Positions 30,801-42,600 of a DNA stretch of 64,000 nucleotides are shown piece by piece (position 1 is the first letter of the stretch; every line of letters begins with the position of its first letter). The notes beneath the pieces were generated by a model. That model was given only the letters and a program-made list of their open reading frames with translations, was not told the origin of the DNA and did not search any database. The position numbers and the translations under genes are program-made. Source of the DNA: an uncultured virus (IMG/VR IMGVR_UViG_3300007177_000029) (Duplodnaviria > Heunggongvirae > Uroviricota > Caudoviricetes > Crassvirales); the IMG/VR virus record IMGVR_UViG_3300007177_000029; one strand, 5' to 3'.

Positions 30801-32135
30801 TTTTCAATGGCTTTAGTTTATCCTACAGAATCTACTATTAATACAGATTTAAATATAGGAGAATTTCAATATGCTTCTGATAGAACTGGTTTTCCTTCAG
30901 ATGAAAATCCTCAACAATTTGATAAAATGGCTGATACAGATGATACTGTTGTAGCAATAGGAGGAGAATCTATTTTAAAAAATGATTTTGTTTTAAATGA
31001 AAATTATCAGCAAGAAAATAATGTATCTACTAAAGGATTCACTAACGATTTCTTTAATCTTACTTCTGAAAAATTCACTAATAGATTATGGGCATCAGAA
31101 AAAAAATTAACAGGAGAATTATTTGATTCTTGGAGAGTTTTTAAAGATTTAGAATATTTAGATGTTAATGGTGAATATGGTGAAATAGTTAAAGTAATTG
31201 AATTTAAAGATAAAATATTATTTATTCAAGAAAGAGGTATAGGAGTAGTTAATATTAATGAAAGAAGTGTGATAACTTCTAATGATGGTACAGAATTAGT
31301 TTTAGGTACTTCTCAAAGTCAATTAAATTATTTTAAATACATAGCAACAGAAACAGGTACTAAACATCAATTTTCTGTAGTTAAATCTAATAATAGTTTA
31401 TACTACTATGATAGTTTAAATAATAAAATAATTAGATATGGTCAAGGAGAAGAATTATCTACATTAAAAGGAATGTCTTCATGGTTAATAAATAATGTAT
31501 CAAACAATACTAGAATTACAGATAAAACTTTAAATGGTACTGGTATTCATTCTGTATATGATAGTAGACATAATAGAGTGTTTTTTACATTCTTACAACA
31601 AAACAATAATAAAACATTATCATATTCTGAAAAAATAGATGCTTTTGAAAGTTTATATAGCTTTACTCCTAAACACTATATTGAAATAGATAATATATTA
31701 ATATCTACAGAAAATGTATTAAGTAAATCTTATATTCACGATAAAGGTAATTATGGTGTATTTTATGATAAAACTCCAGAAGATTCTTATATTACTTTAC
31801 TGTTTAATAATAATCCTGATTTTGTAAAAGTGTTTGATAACATATTATATAATACAGAAGTAAAAGATATAAATGGTAATGATATATTTAATGAAACTAT
31901 TACTAATATTCAAATTTACAATGATTATCAAAATACTGGAGATATACAACTTGTTGTAAATGACAATGTTAAAAGAAGATTAAGAAGTTGGAGATATGCT
32001 ATAGATAGAAATCAAAACACTAAAGAAAGAATTAGAGATTATTATGTATTCGGTAAATTTACATTTGATAATACAAATAATAGACGTTTAATATTACATG
32101 ATGTTATAATGTTTTATAGACCTTCTATATTATAA
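27852..32135 (+). CDS. Tail stabilisation/muzzle protein (P22 gp10-like)
   Basis: 1427 aa; NTFFKGLNQD, YYDALNIRI, GYTRGEIYRFGIQF, GGDTFV, DSWRVF, YSEKIDAFESLYSFTP. Confidence 0.82.
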   Translation: MESKNTFFKGLNQDNSKSKFNDTSYYDALNIRITTDTGLSSLSVENERGNKLLFSFPNIPGNYGDVLTYKDGSDRLIPGFTGTNLKIVGSCIANEYIIICTTSETSENPVNQYGQIWVIKFDNTLNEIEGNVSNVLPLTALKYIDKLNFSTANKIECKALIETEKIFNFYFTDNYNPFKSINLALTFEELALIKPQNLELNQNADLVVPIITDLVEGSLPSGTVVQLAYRLSNKTLGSSSYSQPCNPITISDFDYKNITLARKQKGNLYKEQGDKGIKYFIEGVDTNYDLIEHIAIVYTAKDSPTIYKFKEEIINGRKRIDNVLSGNEEKLFLNEVEYNQIRFGFETCKTIDSLANILVAGNITTKNREIPDNLFDARAYRFNASQQALLVGKSGNITLIGPTPNYDSVPITHDAINPFNVQKGANETIPNYGNYKYKVNGTTIGGEGKFVSYEFVEETLDGNNNPGDNSHIIVNKTTPTIDLTTKDYKNDNITFVGQSQFKNFKSPIIQHYYTGYTRGEIYRFGIQFFDKKGQPYFVKWVGDIKFPESADGFYYHNVAPGDVENVLLKSLGIRFTVNIPEELLPIISAYKIVRVERQHNDESRLGSAPVVLWGKKLNTTDIGNEDNKTIWYQNQRLEPGDEFIRGPVGNLDYMLNCRPYNKITDAQYDAVSKEPETSMRALMWFSPLLLFGKYYKSGDFINNKSGDFLKTDYFARSYMREIRGMSPANKKFLSLNKYDLRTPLPVLTERGLTEETFAVENLFYKDSNATESGKFLNLDVFSSDYSNFNNYTIYKNANDKNPNKLGSEKFYSCYFSIWKSKLSGGFNKGLSGIGNNTNLILCKNDSDHTTYSPNAYNDWYNSDTLIVLLENPSTTIFGYSFKMMSYCRKISNQYNGNDYESRSNQKYISTGHYQLINDTIFNNNLVSSNCRLSHNIYGGDTFVNIVAHEYIIPSLGNTKSFNYRFMFSEVDENQFKGDDTKRGFSMALVYPTESTINTDLNIGEFQYASDRTGFPSDENPQQFDKMADTDDTVVAIGGESILKNDFVLNENYQQENNVSTKGFTNDFFNLTSEKFTNRLWASEKKLTGELFDSWRVFKDLEYLDVNGEYGEIVKVIEFKDKILFIQERGIGVVNINERSVITSNDGTELVLGTSQSQLNYFKYIATETGTKHQFSVVKSNNSLYYYDSLNNKIIRYGQGEELSTLKGMSSWLINNVSNNTRITDKTLNGTGIHSVYDSRHNRVFFTFLQQNNNKTLSYSEKIDAFESLYSFTPKHYIEIDNILISTENVLSKSYIHDKGNYGVFYDKTPEDSYITLLFNNNPDFVKVFDNILYNTEVKDINGNDIFNETITNIQIYNDYQNTGDIQLVVNDNVKRRLRSWRYAIDRNQNTKERIRDYYVFGKFTFDNTNNRRLILHDVIMFYRPSIL

Positions 32136-32193
32136 TATATATCTGTTTTAAAATAATTTTGTTTTTATACTATTTACTTTTAATTTTATATTT

Positions 32194-34041
32194 ATGAATA
32201 AGAAAAAATTATATAATATCGGTGGTAATTTAATGCCAACTTCTGATTTTATGGCTCAACAAATGTCTTTTGTTAACCAACAACAAATGCCACAAGAACA
32301 AGAAAAAACTGTTGGTGATAGATTAAGTAATGCTGCTAAATATGGAGCATTAGGGGCTAAATTAGGTACTTTAGTTCCTGGTGTAGGTAATGTAGTAGGT
32401 GGTTTAGCAGGTGCAGGTATAGGAATGTTAATGAGTGAAGGTGGTCAAATAAATGGTTTAGCTAACAATGAACCTGGACAATTAACAGAATTTCAAGGTG
32501 GTGGTACACATGAACAAAACCCTAATGGGGGTATTAATATAGGAAATAATAATTTAGTTGAAGAAGGTGAAACAATGACTGATTTTGATGTAACTAAATT
32601 TGTTTTTTCTGATAGAATAAAAGTACCTGGTAAAAATAAATCTTTTGCTGATATGTCTAAAGCAATAAAAAATAAAGTAAGCAAAGATAGACCTCATGAT
32701 AAAGCTACTAAAAGAACTACAGAGAGATTATTAGCACAATTAGCTGATAAACAAGAAGCATTAAAAGCTAAAAAAGAAAAATCATTACAAAGTAAATTAA
32801 ATGATTTACAAGGCATAGGAATGCCTAATGAAAGTCAAATGTCTTATGGTGGTCAAATAGGTTTACCTAAAATTAAAATATTAGGTAATGGTGGTCCTAG
32901 AGAAACATGGGAATCTAAAACAGGTTTACCATGGTCAGAAGCTAAAAAAAGAGGTTTTACTACAGGTTCTTATGATGATAATGTAGCTTTATTAAATTTA
33001 TTAAATGCTCAAGATTTTGATAAGAATAAGTTTTTAAATTCTTCAAATACTACAAATAATACTACAAACAGTAATTTAAGTAAACATTTACAGTTTTCAA
33101 TGGACCCAACCAATCAAGCAATGGGTGCAGAAACTATAGCAATGGTTGAAAATGATTATAGGCAAAAAGAATATAGTAAAAGTTTAATGAATAATTTACA
33201 ACCTGAACTTGATAAACATGATAAATTATTAAAATCTAAAGGATTTACTTACCCTTCTAAACCAATTTCAATAAACGATGAATCTTCAATGGTATCTGTT
33301 AAACCTGGTAAATTTCTTGACCCTGAAACTAATGAACCTCTTACATTAAAAAACGGAAAGTATTATAGAAAAGATGAATTAGATTCTTTAACTGAAGTAG
33401 ATAATGCTAAAAAAGGAAATACTGATACAGAAGAAGATTATAATTTAAGACCTGCTTATGACCCTTATTTAGCAGCAGCAGGAACATTAGCTAATGCAAT
33501 ACCTTCTATGTATAATATTTATAGAGGATTAAAACCTGCTGAAAAAATAAATTTAGAAAGAAATAAATTTTCTAAAATAGATTTAGGAAGACAAAGACAA
33601 TTAATTAAACAACAAGCATCAGATGTTCAAAAAATGAATAATGAAAACATTAGAAGAACAGCTCCTAGTACTGGTGCTGCTTTATCTGCTAGTGTAGCTA
33701 CTGCTTCTGCTTTAAATCAAAGTTCTTCAAAAGCTATTGCTGAATCTAAATTATCTGAAGAAACTACTAATGTAGGTATATCTAATCAAGAAAATGCTTC
33801 TAATGTAGCTATTGCTAATCAAGAACAAAATTTAAGATGGCAAACAGAAGCTAATAGACAAAAAGCTTTAGAAGCAGGTTTAACTGGTGTAGGTTTAGCT
33901 GTAGCTAGTGGTGTAAAAGATTTTAGAATGGGTGAGGTTAATAATAGATATAATGAAAGAGTTTTAAAATTATTATCTACTAGTAATAGAAGATATAATC
34001 CTAAAACAGGAAAAACAGAATTTATATCTTATGAAGATTAA
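32194..34041 (+). CDS. Cargo/ejection protein 1
   Basis: Glycine-zipper hydrophobic segment and GGTHEQNPNGGI..VEEGET..VFSD motif; position after the muzzle gene. Confidence 0.7.
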   Translation: MNKKKLYNIGGNLMPTSDFMAQQMSFVNQQQMPQEQEKTVGDRLSNAAKYGALGAKLGTLVPGVGNVVGGLAGAGIGMLMSEGGQINGLANNEPGQLTEFQGGGTHEQNPNGGINIGNNNLVEEGETMTDFDVTKFVFSDRIKVPGKNKSFADMSKAIKNKVSKDRPHDKATKRTTERLLAQLADKQEALKAKKEKSLQSKLNDLQGIGMPNESQMSYGGQIGLPKIKILGNGGPRETWESKTGLPWSEAKKRGFTTGSYDDNVALLNLLNAQDFDKNKFLNSSNTTNNTTNSNLSKHLQFSMDPTNQAMGAETIAMVENDYRQKEYSKSLMNNLQPELDKHDKLLKSKGFTYPSKPISINDESSMVSVKPGKFLDPETNEPLTLKNGKYYRKDELDSLTEVDNAKKGNTDTEEDYNLRPAYDPYLAAAGTLANAIPSMYNIYRGLKPAEKINLERNKFSKIDLGRQRQLIKQQASDVQKMNNENIRRTAPSTGAALSASVATASALNQSSSKAIAESKLSEETTNVGISNQENASNVAIANQEQNLRWQTEANRQKALEAGLTGVGLAVASGVKDFRMGEVNNRYNERVLKLLSTSNRRYNPKTGKTEFISYED

Positions 34042-34071
34042 AAATATTATTAAATAATAAACAAAATAAAA

Positions 34072-36645
34072 ATGAGTGCAATAAATCCTTACAGTACAGC
34101 TTCAGTACCTAATATAATTTCTCAATTTGTACCAGAGCAACTGCCTACTGAACTTATTTTAAATAAATTAAATCAAGAACAACAGCTTCAAGATGCTTAC
34201 TATAATAAAGCTTTATCTATAGGTGATTATGACCAAAGAGCTATTTATGAAACAGATAAAGCTTATGTTAAAGAAACAAAAAAGAATATAAAAACTTTTG
34301 TTGATGAAGCTATGAATATGGATTTTAATAATCCAGAAAATAGACATAAAGTAATTAATTTTGTAAGAGATTTAAGACAAGATGAAAAATTAAAAACTAT
34401 TGCATCAAATGTAGCTTCTTATGATGAAATGATGAAAGAAAGACAAAAAATTATTTCTGAAGGTAAATCTGGTGAATATTTTGATTTACAGTTAGCTAAT
34501 ATTAATAAAAAAATTAGTGATTATGAAAAAACTGGTAAAGTAGATAAAGTTTTATTTAATACATTACAAGGTGATTTAGATAGAAGAGAAGAAATGGCTA
34601 AATACATGAAAGAGTTAGGTAATACAGAAATAGCAGGTTATGGTAATATAATTGATAATTATGGTAATTTAGATATTGATGTTATTAAAAAAGTAAGTAG
34701 AGCTACTAATGAACCTCAAGTACAAGCTGCTTTAAATTCTTTATTAAATAGTTATGGAGAAACTCCAGCAGGTAAACAATCTAAAGAATTATATAATGCT
34801 AATTTTAAAGGATTTAAAATAAAAGAAAAAGATGCTAAAGGTAATATTGTAGAAAGAGATTTTACTTTTAATGATTATTTAATCAATGAAGTTGGTGCAG
34901 GTAAATATGTTAAAACTAAATATGATGAAGACGTTAAAGTTTTAAGAAGTGCTTCAGATAATATTAATAGAAGAAAAGAACAAGCTGCTATAGATGCTAA
35001 AAATAAATTAGTTTATGGTAGTACTGAATCAGGACAAGATAAATTTTCAATAATAGAAAGTGATTTAGAGTCTACTGATAAAAATACTGTAAACAATGCT
35101 ATTGAAGAATATAAAGATTTAGCTAGACAAGGTTATGCGAGTTTAGATAAACTTAGTAAAGAAAAAGCTGATAGAGCTTTAAATGATTATAATTCTTTTT
35201 TTAATAAACTTTCTAATGAAAAAATAACTAATGATATTAAAAATGTTATAAATAATAGTAGTAATGATTTAATTGAAATATCTAATAATATTTTTAATTA
35301 TATCAAAAAGTCAGGACTAAGTACAAAATTAGCAGATATTTATAGAAACAGTATTTTATCACCAAATGGAGGTGCTAAAAATAAAACTGAAGTTTTAAAT
35401 AATGTAGAAAAAATAAAAAATAATTCAAAATATATAGTAGAAAAAAGTAAAGAAATGAATTTACCATATTTAGGAGATATGGAAATTATTAATAATTTAT
35501 ATTCTTACAATAAAGAAAGTATAGATAATCAAGCTATAAAAGAATTAACAGACTATTCTTCTGTAAAAAACTTTTTTGGTGGTATTGCTGATAATTATAA
35601 AATCAGTAAAGATATTATCAATAAATCTATAAAAGGTATGGGTGCTGTACAAATACCTTCTTATTCTTTAGTAGATACAAAAGCTATTAATGATATGAAC
35701 GCTTTTATAGGTAGTCATTCTTCAGAACTAAATACTATAGGTAGTTGGGCTAGTGATGAAGAAAAAGCTTTATTTGAAAGTGCTATAAGTAAAGGAGATA
35801 AAAAATTACAAGCAGTTAAATTAGTTTATTCTGGTAATAATAAAATTACTCCTAAATTAATGTTTGAAGTTCCTGGTAAATTCACTGATGCAAATAATAA
35901 AGTTATTCAAAACAAACAATTAACTTTTACATTAAAATCTGCTGATGAAATTTCACAGTTACCAAATAATGATAGAATTACTAATATGTATGAAGAAATA
36001 TTTAATTGGTATGGTGATACAGGTAAAACGTTAAAAGAAAATTATTTAAACAGAGCAACAAAAGTAAACACTAAACCAGAAATGAGTAAAGCAAATGATA
36101 TAAACAGAGTTGTTGCTAATAGATTAAATAATAATTATTCTGGAATGGCTTTAGGTTATAAGTATGATGGATTAAATACTGATAAAAATATAGCTAAAGT
36201 AGATTTAAATCCTACATCTGCTGATGATTGGAAGATGATAGAGAAAGTTAAAAAATTATCTGGTACTTATAATAATGATTTACCTTTAGATAAAACTATT
36301 AAAATAGGAGATGGTTTATTATTAATGGGTAATAGAAGTAATTTACAAAAGTATTTTGTAGATAATCAAAATGAATTTAATGAAATAATGAATAATGTAA
36401 TTAATTCAGATAATTCATTAAGTTCTTTAACAGATACTCAAAAAAATAGTATTAAACAAGATGCTAGAAAAGTTTTAGTTGATGGTCAATTAACTAACGA
36501 TTTAAACTATTCAGCACCTGATTACTTAAAAAACCTTAGTAAAGCTATAGAATTATTTAGTAATAAACCTTTTCCTGCAACACAAGAATTTTTAGAACAA
36601 ATAAATAGTGTAAATTATTTAAATACTTTAAAATCAAATCTATAA
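34072..36645 (+). CDS. Cargo/ejection protein 2
   Basis: 857 aa, helical, no Cys seen; syntenic position. Confidence 0.6.
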   Translation: MSAINPYSTASVPNIISQFVPEQLPTELILNKLNQEQQLQDAYYNKALSIGDYDQRAIYETDKAYVKETKKNIKTFVDEAMNMDFNNPENRHKVINFVRDLRQDEKLKTIASNVASYDEMMKERQKIISEGKSGEYFDLQLANINKKISDYEKTGKVDKVLFNTLQGDLDRREEMAKYMKELGNTEIAGYGNIIDNYGNLDIDVIKKVSRATNEPQVQAALNSLLNSYGETPAGKQSKELYNANFKGFKIKEKDAKGNIVERDFTFNDYLINEVGAGKYVKTKYDEDVKVLRSASDNINRRKEQAAIDAKNKLVYGSTESGQDKFSIIESDLESTDKNTVNNAIEEYKDLARQGYASLDKLSKEKADRALNDYNSFFNKLSNEKITNDIKNVINNSSNDLIEISNNIFNYIKKSGLSTKLADIYRNSILSPNGGAKNKTEVLNNVEKIKNNSKYIVEKSKEMNLPYLGDMEIINNLYSYNKESIDNQAIKELTDYSSVKNFFGGIADNYKISKDIINKSIKGMGAVQIPSYSLVDTKAINDMNAFIGSHSSELNTIGSWASDEEKALFESAISKGDKKLQAVKLVYSGNNKITPKLMFEVPGKFTDANNKVIQNKQLTFTLKSADEISQLPNNDRITNMYEEIFNWYGDTGKTLKENYLNRATKVNTKPEMSKANDINRVVANRLNNNYSGMALGYKYDGLNTDKNIAKVDLNPTSADDWKMIEKVKKLSGTYNNDLPLDKTIKIGDGLLLMGNRSNLQKYFVDNQNEFNEIMNNVINSDNSLSSLTDTQKNSIKQDARKVLVDGQLTNDLNYSAPDYLKNLSKAIELFSNKPFPATQEFLEQINSVNYLNTLKSNL

Positions 36646-36648
36646 AAA

Positions 36649-39600
36649 ATGAGTAAAGACACTAACAATAAAAAAACTTCTTCTCAAATAGCACCACAAG
36701 AAGATAAATTTTCTTATATAAATAATTTAGTAAACAATAGTAATAAAATACTAAATAATAAAGTTATATCAGAAGAATCTAAAAAGTATTCTAGTTTATT
36801 TGAAAATTCACTTATTGCAAATCAATTAGGTAAAACACAAGAATTATTACCAGGTGATGTTAAAAATATAACAGGAGGTGCTGATTATGAAAAAGTTCAA
36901 GATATATTAGGTCAAGGTTATAATATTTTTGATGGTAGTTTAAATGTAAGAAAAGCATTAGGAGATAAACAATCAGGTTGGGCACAAGCAGGTGGTGCAT
37001 TAAATCAAGCTATTGTAGGTGAAATTATTGGTGGTACTGTAGAAGGTACAGGTAGATTATTAGATATTAAAGGTTCTATTGATTTATATAATGGTAATAT
37101 TAAAGAATTTGATAATGTTTTAACAGAATTAGGTTCTGGTTTAAAAGGTTGGGCTGAACATAGTACTCCTATATTTGGTTCTGATGAAATGTTTTCTAGT
37201 GGTTGGTTGGCTAAAGGTTTAGTTACTACAGCTTCTTCTTTATCATTATTAATTCCTGCTATGGGTACTGTTAAAGCAGTAGGAGGATTAGGTAGAGCAT
37301 TAGGTGTATTAAAATCTATGGAAAATTTAAGTACAGCAGGTAGAACTGCTGCATGGATTAGAACTGGTATTTCACAAGCTGTAATTTCAAGACACATGGA
37401 AAACTGGCTAGAAGCTAGAGAAGTATGGGATAATACATTAAATGAATATGTTAATAATAAAGGATTAAGTTTACAAGAAGCTGAACAAGCTGCATCTAAA
37501 GCTGTAAGACAAAGTTATATTTTAAATACAGCTATGCTAATTTTTGACATACCTCAATATGTATTAATGGGAAGAAAAACATTTGGTTCATCTGAAGCTT
37601 CTGATAAAATTATGGCTGCTTTAGGTAAAAGTAAATCAAATATTTTAGGCTCTAGAGCTAAAGCATTAGGTTTTAACATGGCATCTGAAGGTTTTGAAGA
37701 AGCTTATCAATATGTTGTAGGTAATGAAGTAGTAAACTATCAAATGTATAAAGATGGATTAGCTACTAATCCTCTTTCTGATAAATTTTTATCAGGGTAT
37801 ATGAAAGACAATGATTTTTGGACATCTGTTATATTTGGTGCATTAGGTGCAGGAGTTCATTCTGGTGTTGGTAAAATGATTAATAAAGCATTTTACAGTA
37901 AAAAATTAGAAGCTAATGATAATTTAAGAATTGAGAATTTTAAAAAAACTCAAGAAATACAAAAAAGAATTTATAATAAATTAGCTAAAGCTTATGAAAG
38001 TAATAATCAGGAAGCTGTTGAATCAGCTATTGAAGAATTAACTTATTTATCAGCTTTAAATTCTTATGAGTTTGGTAACTCTGATATAGCTTTAGAAACA
38101 ATGGGTATGATTAAAAATGCTTCTAATGAGGAATTAGTAGCAATGGGTTTACCTGAAGATAAAATAGATGAATTTAAAGCTAACATAGACAATGCAATAA
38201 ACCAAACTAAAGATATATTCAAGAAATTAAAAAAGAATAGTAAAATATTTGGCGATGAAGTAAATAAAGAAGTAACTACTACTGAATTACAGCTTGAAAA
38301 AATAGATAGATTAATTAATAATTCAGAAAAAAATATAGCAGAAAAAAGAAAAGAATTAGAAAAATCTATAGATTTAAAAAATTTATCTCCTGAAGAACAA
38401 CAAATTTTAGAAAATAAATTATTTATTGATGGTGGTAAATCACGTATTATCGCCATAGATGAATTTTTACAAAAAAATAATCAATTAACAGAAGAACAAA
38501 GAATAAACTTTGAAACTCAAAAATCAGAAATTGAACAATTAGTTAAAGAAAAATCTAAAGATAATAAAAAATTAATCCAAGATTTATCAGGTTCTTCTTA
38601 TTTAGGTAATGTATTTTCTGATAAAGGATTAAGTTCTATATCAACATTATTTGATGAAGAATTTAATAGTATATCTGCTTCTGTTAATGATAATGCTGTA
38701 AGTAGTAGAGAAGAATATTTATCTTCACTAGATAAATCTAAAAGAGAAAAATTAGAATCTTTAGAAAAAAGATTAGATAAAATATCTAAAGCTAATGAAC
38801 TTTATACAGCTGAATTACAAAAAGAATTAGCCAAACATGGAGTTTTTAAACTTAGACAAAAAGAATTACAAAAAAATCTAGATTATTATACATCTGAAAA
38901 ATATATTAAAGAGAAAAAACAAATAATTGAAGAAGTAAGAAAAAAACAAGCTGATGCAGCACAACAAGCTATTAATGATGAAAAATTAGCTGATGATACT
39001 ATTAATAGTAAATTAAATCAAAATAAAAAAACTAATGAAGCTGAAACTACAACTGTTCCAGGTTTTAATGAAGTTGTTGAAAATTTAAACAATAAAGTAC
39101 AACAAAAAACTGAAGAACAAGGTTATAATGTTGAATTAGTAGATTTAGTTAATGAATTTTTTAACGCAAGTGAAAATAATAAAGTTAATAAACAAATTAA
39201 AAAACTTTTAGATAAAAATAAAATATATAATTTATTTTATAATATAGAAAATACAGAAAATTTTGAACTTTCTGATTTAGAAAATTCTATTTTAACTTAT
39301 GCTTCAGAACCTACAGAAGTTAATTATAATAAAATAAAAACTTTAACTAAAGAAGATAATTCTTATAATAAAGAAAGCGATGTTTTTAAAGCTGAAGAAG
39401 CTATTAAAGAAATAGAAAATCAAGCTGAAGAAGAAGTTAAAGCTGAAATAGTTGCAGCTAAAAAAGTAGTATCTATTAATCAAAGTAATGAAATACCAGA
39501 AATTACTAATAATTCAGTAGAAACTAATGTTCTTGATGAAAATGAAGATGTTTTTGAATCTGATATTAGAGAGTATAAAGAATACGATGAAAAATCATCA

Positions 39601-42600
39601 GGTGCAGTATCAGTAGAATCTACTTCATTAGCTTGGAGGTCATCTTCTGCTATTGATAATTTAGAAGAAGATAATGATGTAGAATTAACTAAATTTTTAG
39701 AAAATCCATCTATTGATATAACTGAATTTAACGCTGAATTTGAAATTGATGAAGATTATTTAAAACAGAATAAACCTTTATACGATAAATTAAATAGTGG
39801 AGAAACTTTAACTCAAGAAGATATTAATAATATACCTATTAAAGTTTATTTTTTAAATAAAGAAGGTAATAGAGTAAAAAACAGAAACAATGAAGATTTG
39901 TTTAGTTATTTACACGCTAATGATTTTTGGAATGGTAAAAATATACAATCTGTTAATCCTGAAGATTTAAAAAAAGAATTAGCAATTTTTAAATTTAACA
40001 TATTAAAAAAATTAAAAAATAACGAAAAAGCTATTTCTAAAATATTAAATCAAAAAGATGGTATATTACAGGAAGATTATGAAATGGTTTTAAATCCTGC
40101 TACTAATAAAAAAGAAAGAAGACTAGTATTTAAACCATTAAGTGAAGCTATTGCATTAGATGAAAATGAAATAGAATTTTTATTTGGTGATAGTTTTAAC
40201 CAATATATTTCTGGTAATTCAATTGACCAAGAAGCACTACAACATACTACTGCTACTCCAGGTGCTATATACATTAAATTTAAAAAACCTAATGGTAAAG
40301 TATTTCCTGCTAGAGTATTTGTTAGAAAACTTGATAATAATGATGTAAATGCTTTATTTAGTATTTTAAATTATGCTTATTCACAAAACCAACCATTAAA
40401 AACAGAAATATCTAAATTAAATCCTGAATTACAAAAAGAACTAAGTAATTCTCAATTTGTTAAAGATTTAATTAGTGTTTTAAGTTCTAAAGCTACTTTA
40501 TTAGATGTATTAAATAATTTTGTTTACGAAGGTAAAATTTCTCAAGGTAAAGGTTTAAATGAATTAAGAAAAGTAGGTAATGATGTTTTTATAAATGGTG
40601 TTAAATTTAATGTAAATGATTTTAATAATGGAAACCAGAGTAAAATAAAAGCTGAATTAGCTAAAAAAATGATTAATATTAATGCTAAAAAATTAAATCA
40701 ATCTTCTTACAAAAAAATATTACTTGATAATAATGTAATTCAAACACATATAAGATTAAAAAAAGGTTATGTAACACCTTTTTCAACACCTACTACTGTA
40801 ATTAGTAATAGATTAGAAGGTGATTCAACAAATCAATCTTCTGATGTTGAAGAAAGATTTGATGATGAAACTACAACTCAATCTACTCAAGAATCTAATA
40901 TTGAAGCTAAAAAAGCTGATATAGAAAGATTAGAGAAAGAAAAGCAAGATTTATTAAATCAACCTATTAAAGAATCTAAAGTAAAAGAAGTAACTCCTTC
41001 TAAAGTAGATACTTATTTAAGTACTCCTAATCAAGATGGTAGTTTTAATAGTTCTTCTTCTAGAATGTCTTTTATACCAGGAGCTTCAATAATGGCTTTT
41101 GAAAGTATAGGAAATAATAAATTTGCTGTATATATAAGTAAACAAAGCGATGCTGTAAATATGGCTTTAGCATATCCAGATAGAACAATTGACCCTGTAT
41201 TTGAAGCGTTATCTGCTTTTAACCCAAAAGCAAAAGAAATACAAGTTATAAAACCTGCTATTGTTGAATTGCAAGGAGATAAGTATGTTTTAATTGAAAA
41301 AGGATTAATTGATTATGATAGTGTAGGTATAAATAAATCTAATGAAACAAAAACTTTACCTGATACATCTAAAATAGATGCTCAAATAGCTCAAAAAAAA
41401 GCTGAGTTAGCTGAATTAGAAAAAAGAAAACCAGAAATAGTAAATAGATATTCTGATTCAGATGTAAAATCAAATCCTGATAAAATTTATGTTTTTGGAG
41501 ATAATGTACAAAGAACAGGAACTGGAGGTCAAGCACAAATAAGAAATAATTCAAATGCTTTTGGAATAGCTACTAAGTTAAAACCAAGTAATAACCAAGA
41601 CGCTTTTATGTCTGATAATGATTTAGAATCTAATAAAAAAATTATTGATTCTGATATACAAAAAATACTTAATCAAAACAAACATTTAGTATTTCCTAAA
41701 GATGGATTTGGTACTGGTTTAGCAAAACTTAAAGAAAAAGCACCTAAAACTTATGAATATTTAAGACAAAGATTATTAGAAGAGTTTTATTTTGATAATG
41801 AAAATGGAAAAATAATTGAAAACAATGAAAAATTAGCTAAATTAGAATCTAAACAAGAAGTTTTAGAAAATATAAATGAAACACTTACAATTAAAGAAAA
41901 TGTAATAGATAAAGATACTGAAAATGAAAAAGATAAATTAGAAAAATTTAAAGATACTGATGATGTTAATGATATTTCAGAATTTGATGATTTTGTACTA
42001 AACAGTAAAGAATCTGAAGACACAAAAACAGAAAAAGTTATTGAACAAAAAGTAGACAATTTTTTAGAAAATGAATTTAAAGAAGACGTAGAGAAAATAG
42101 CAAAAGAAGAAAATTTAACTGTCGAAGAAGTAAAACAAAAAGTTAAAGATAATTTAAATAATAAAAATTTATCTTCTTTTAGTAAATCTTTTAAAAATTT
42201 AATTGATAAAATTAAAAAACTAATTTTAACTTTATTTGTTTCTGGTGCTATAATAGCAGGAACTTCTAGTTTTTTTTTAGATAAAGATGGTACAGTTTCT
42301 TTTGATATTTTTTCTAATATTGAAATAGAAAACATAAAACAATGGGGTACTAGATTTTTAGATAAACAAGGTTTAATAGAAGTAGCAGATAATCAAATAG
42401 TAAAAGAGTCAAGTTTACCTAAAATAGTAGAAAATATAAAACCTCAAAAAATATTTGAGATTATAGGCTCTGTTCCAGATAGTTATAATTCATCTGATAC
42501 TTTATTATCTTATAGAAGTCAATGGGATAACTCTGAAGGATTTAGATATATACCTGTTCCTGTTAAAAAAGATTTACCAAAAGGAGGTATGAAAATTTCA

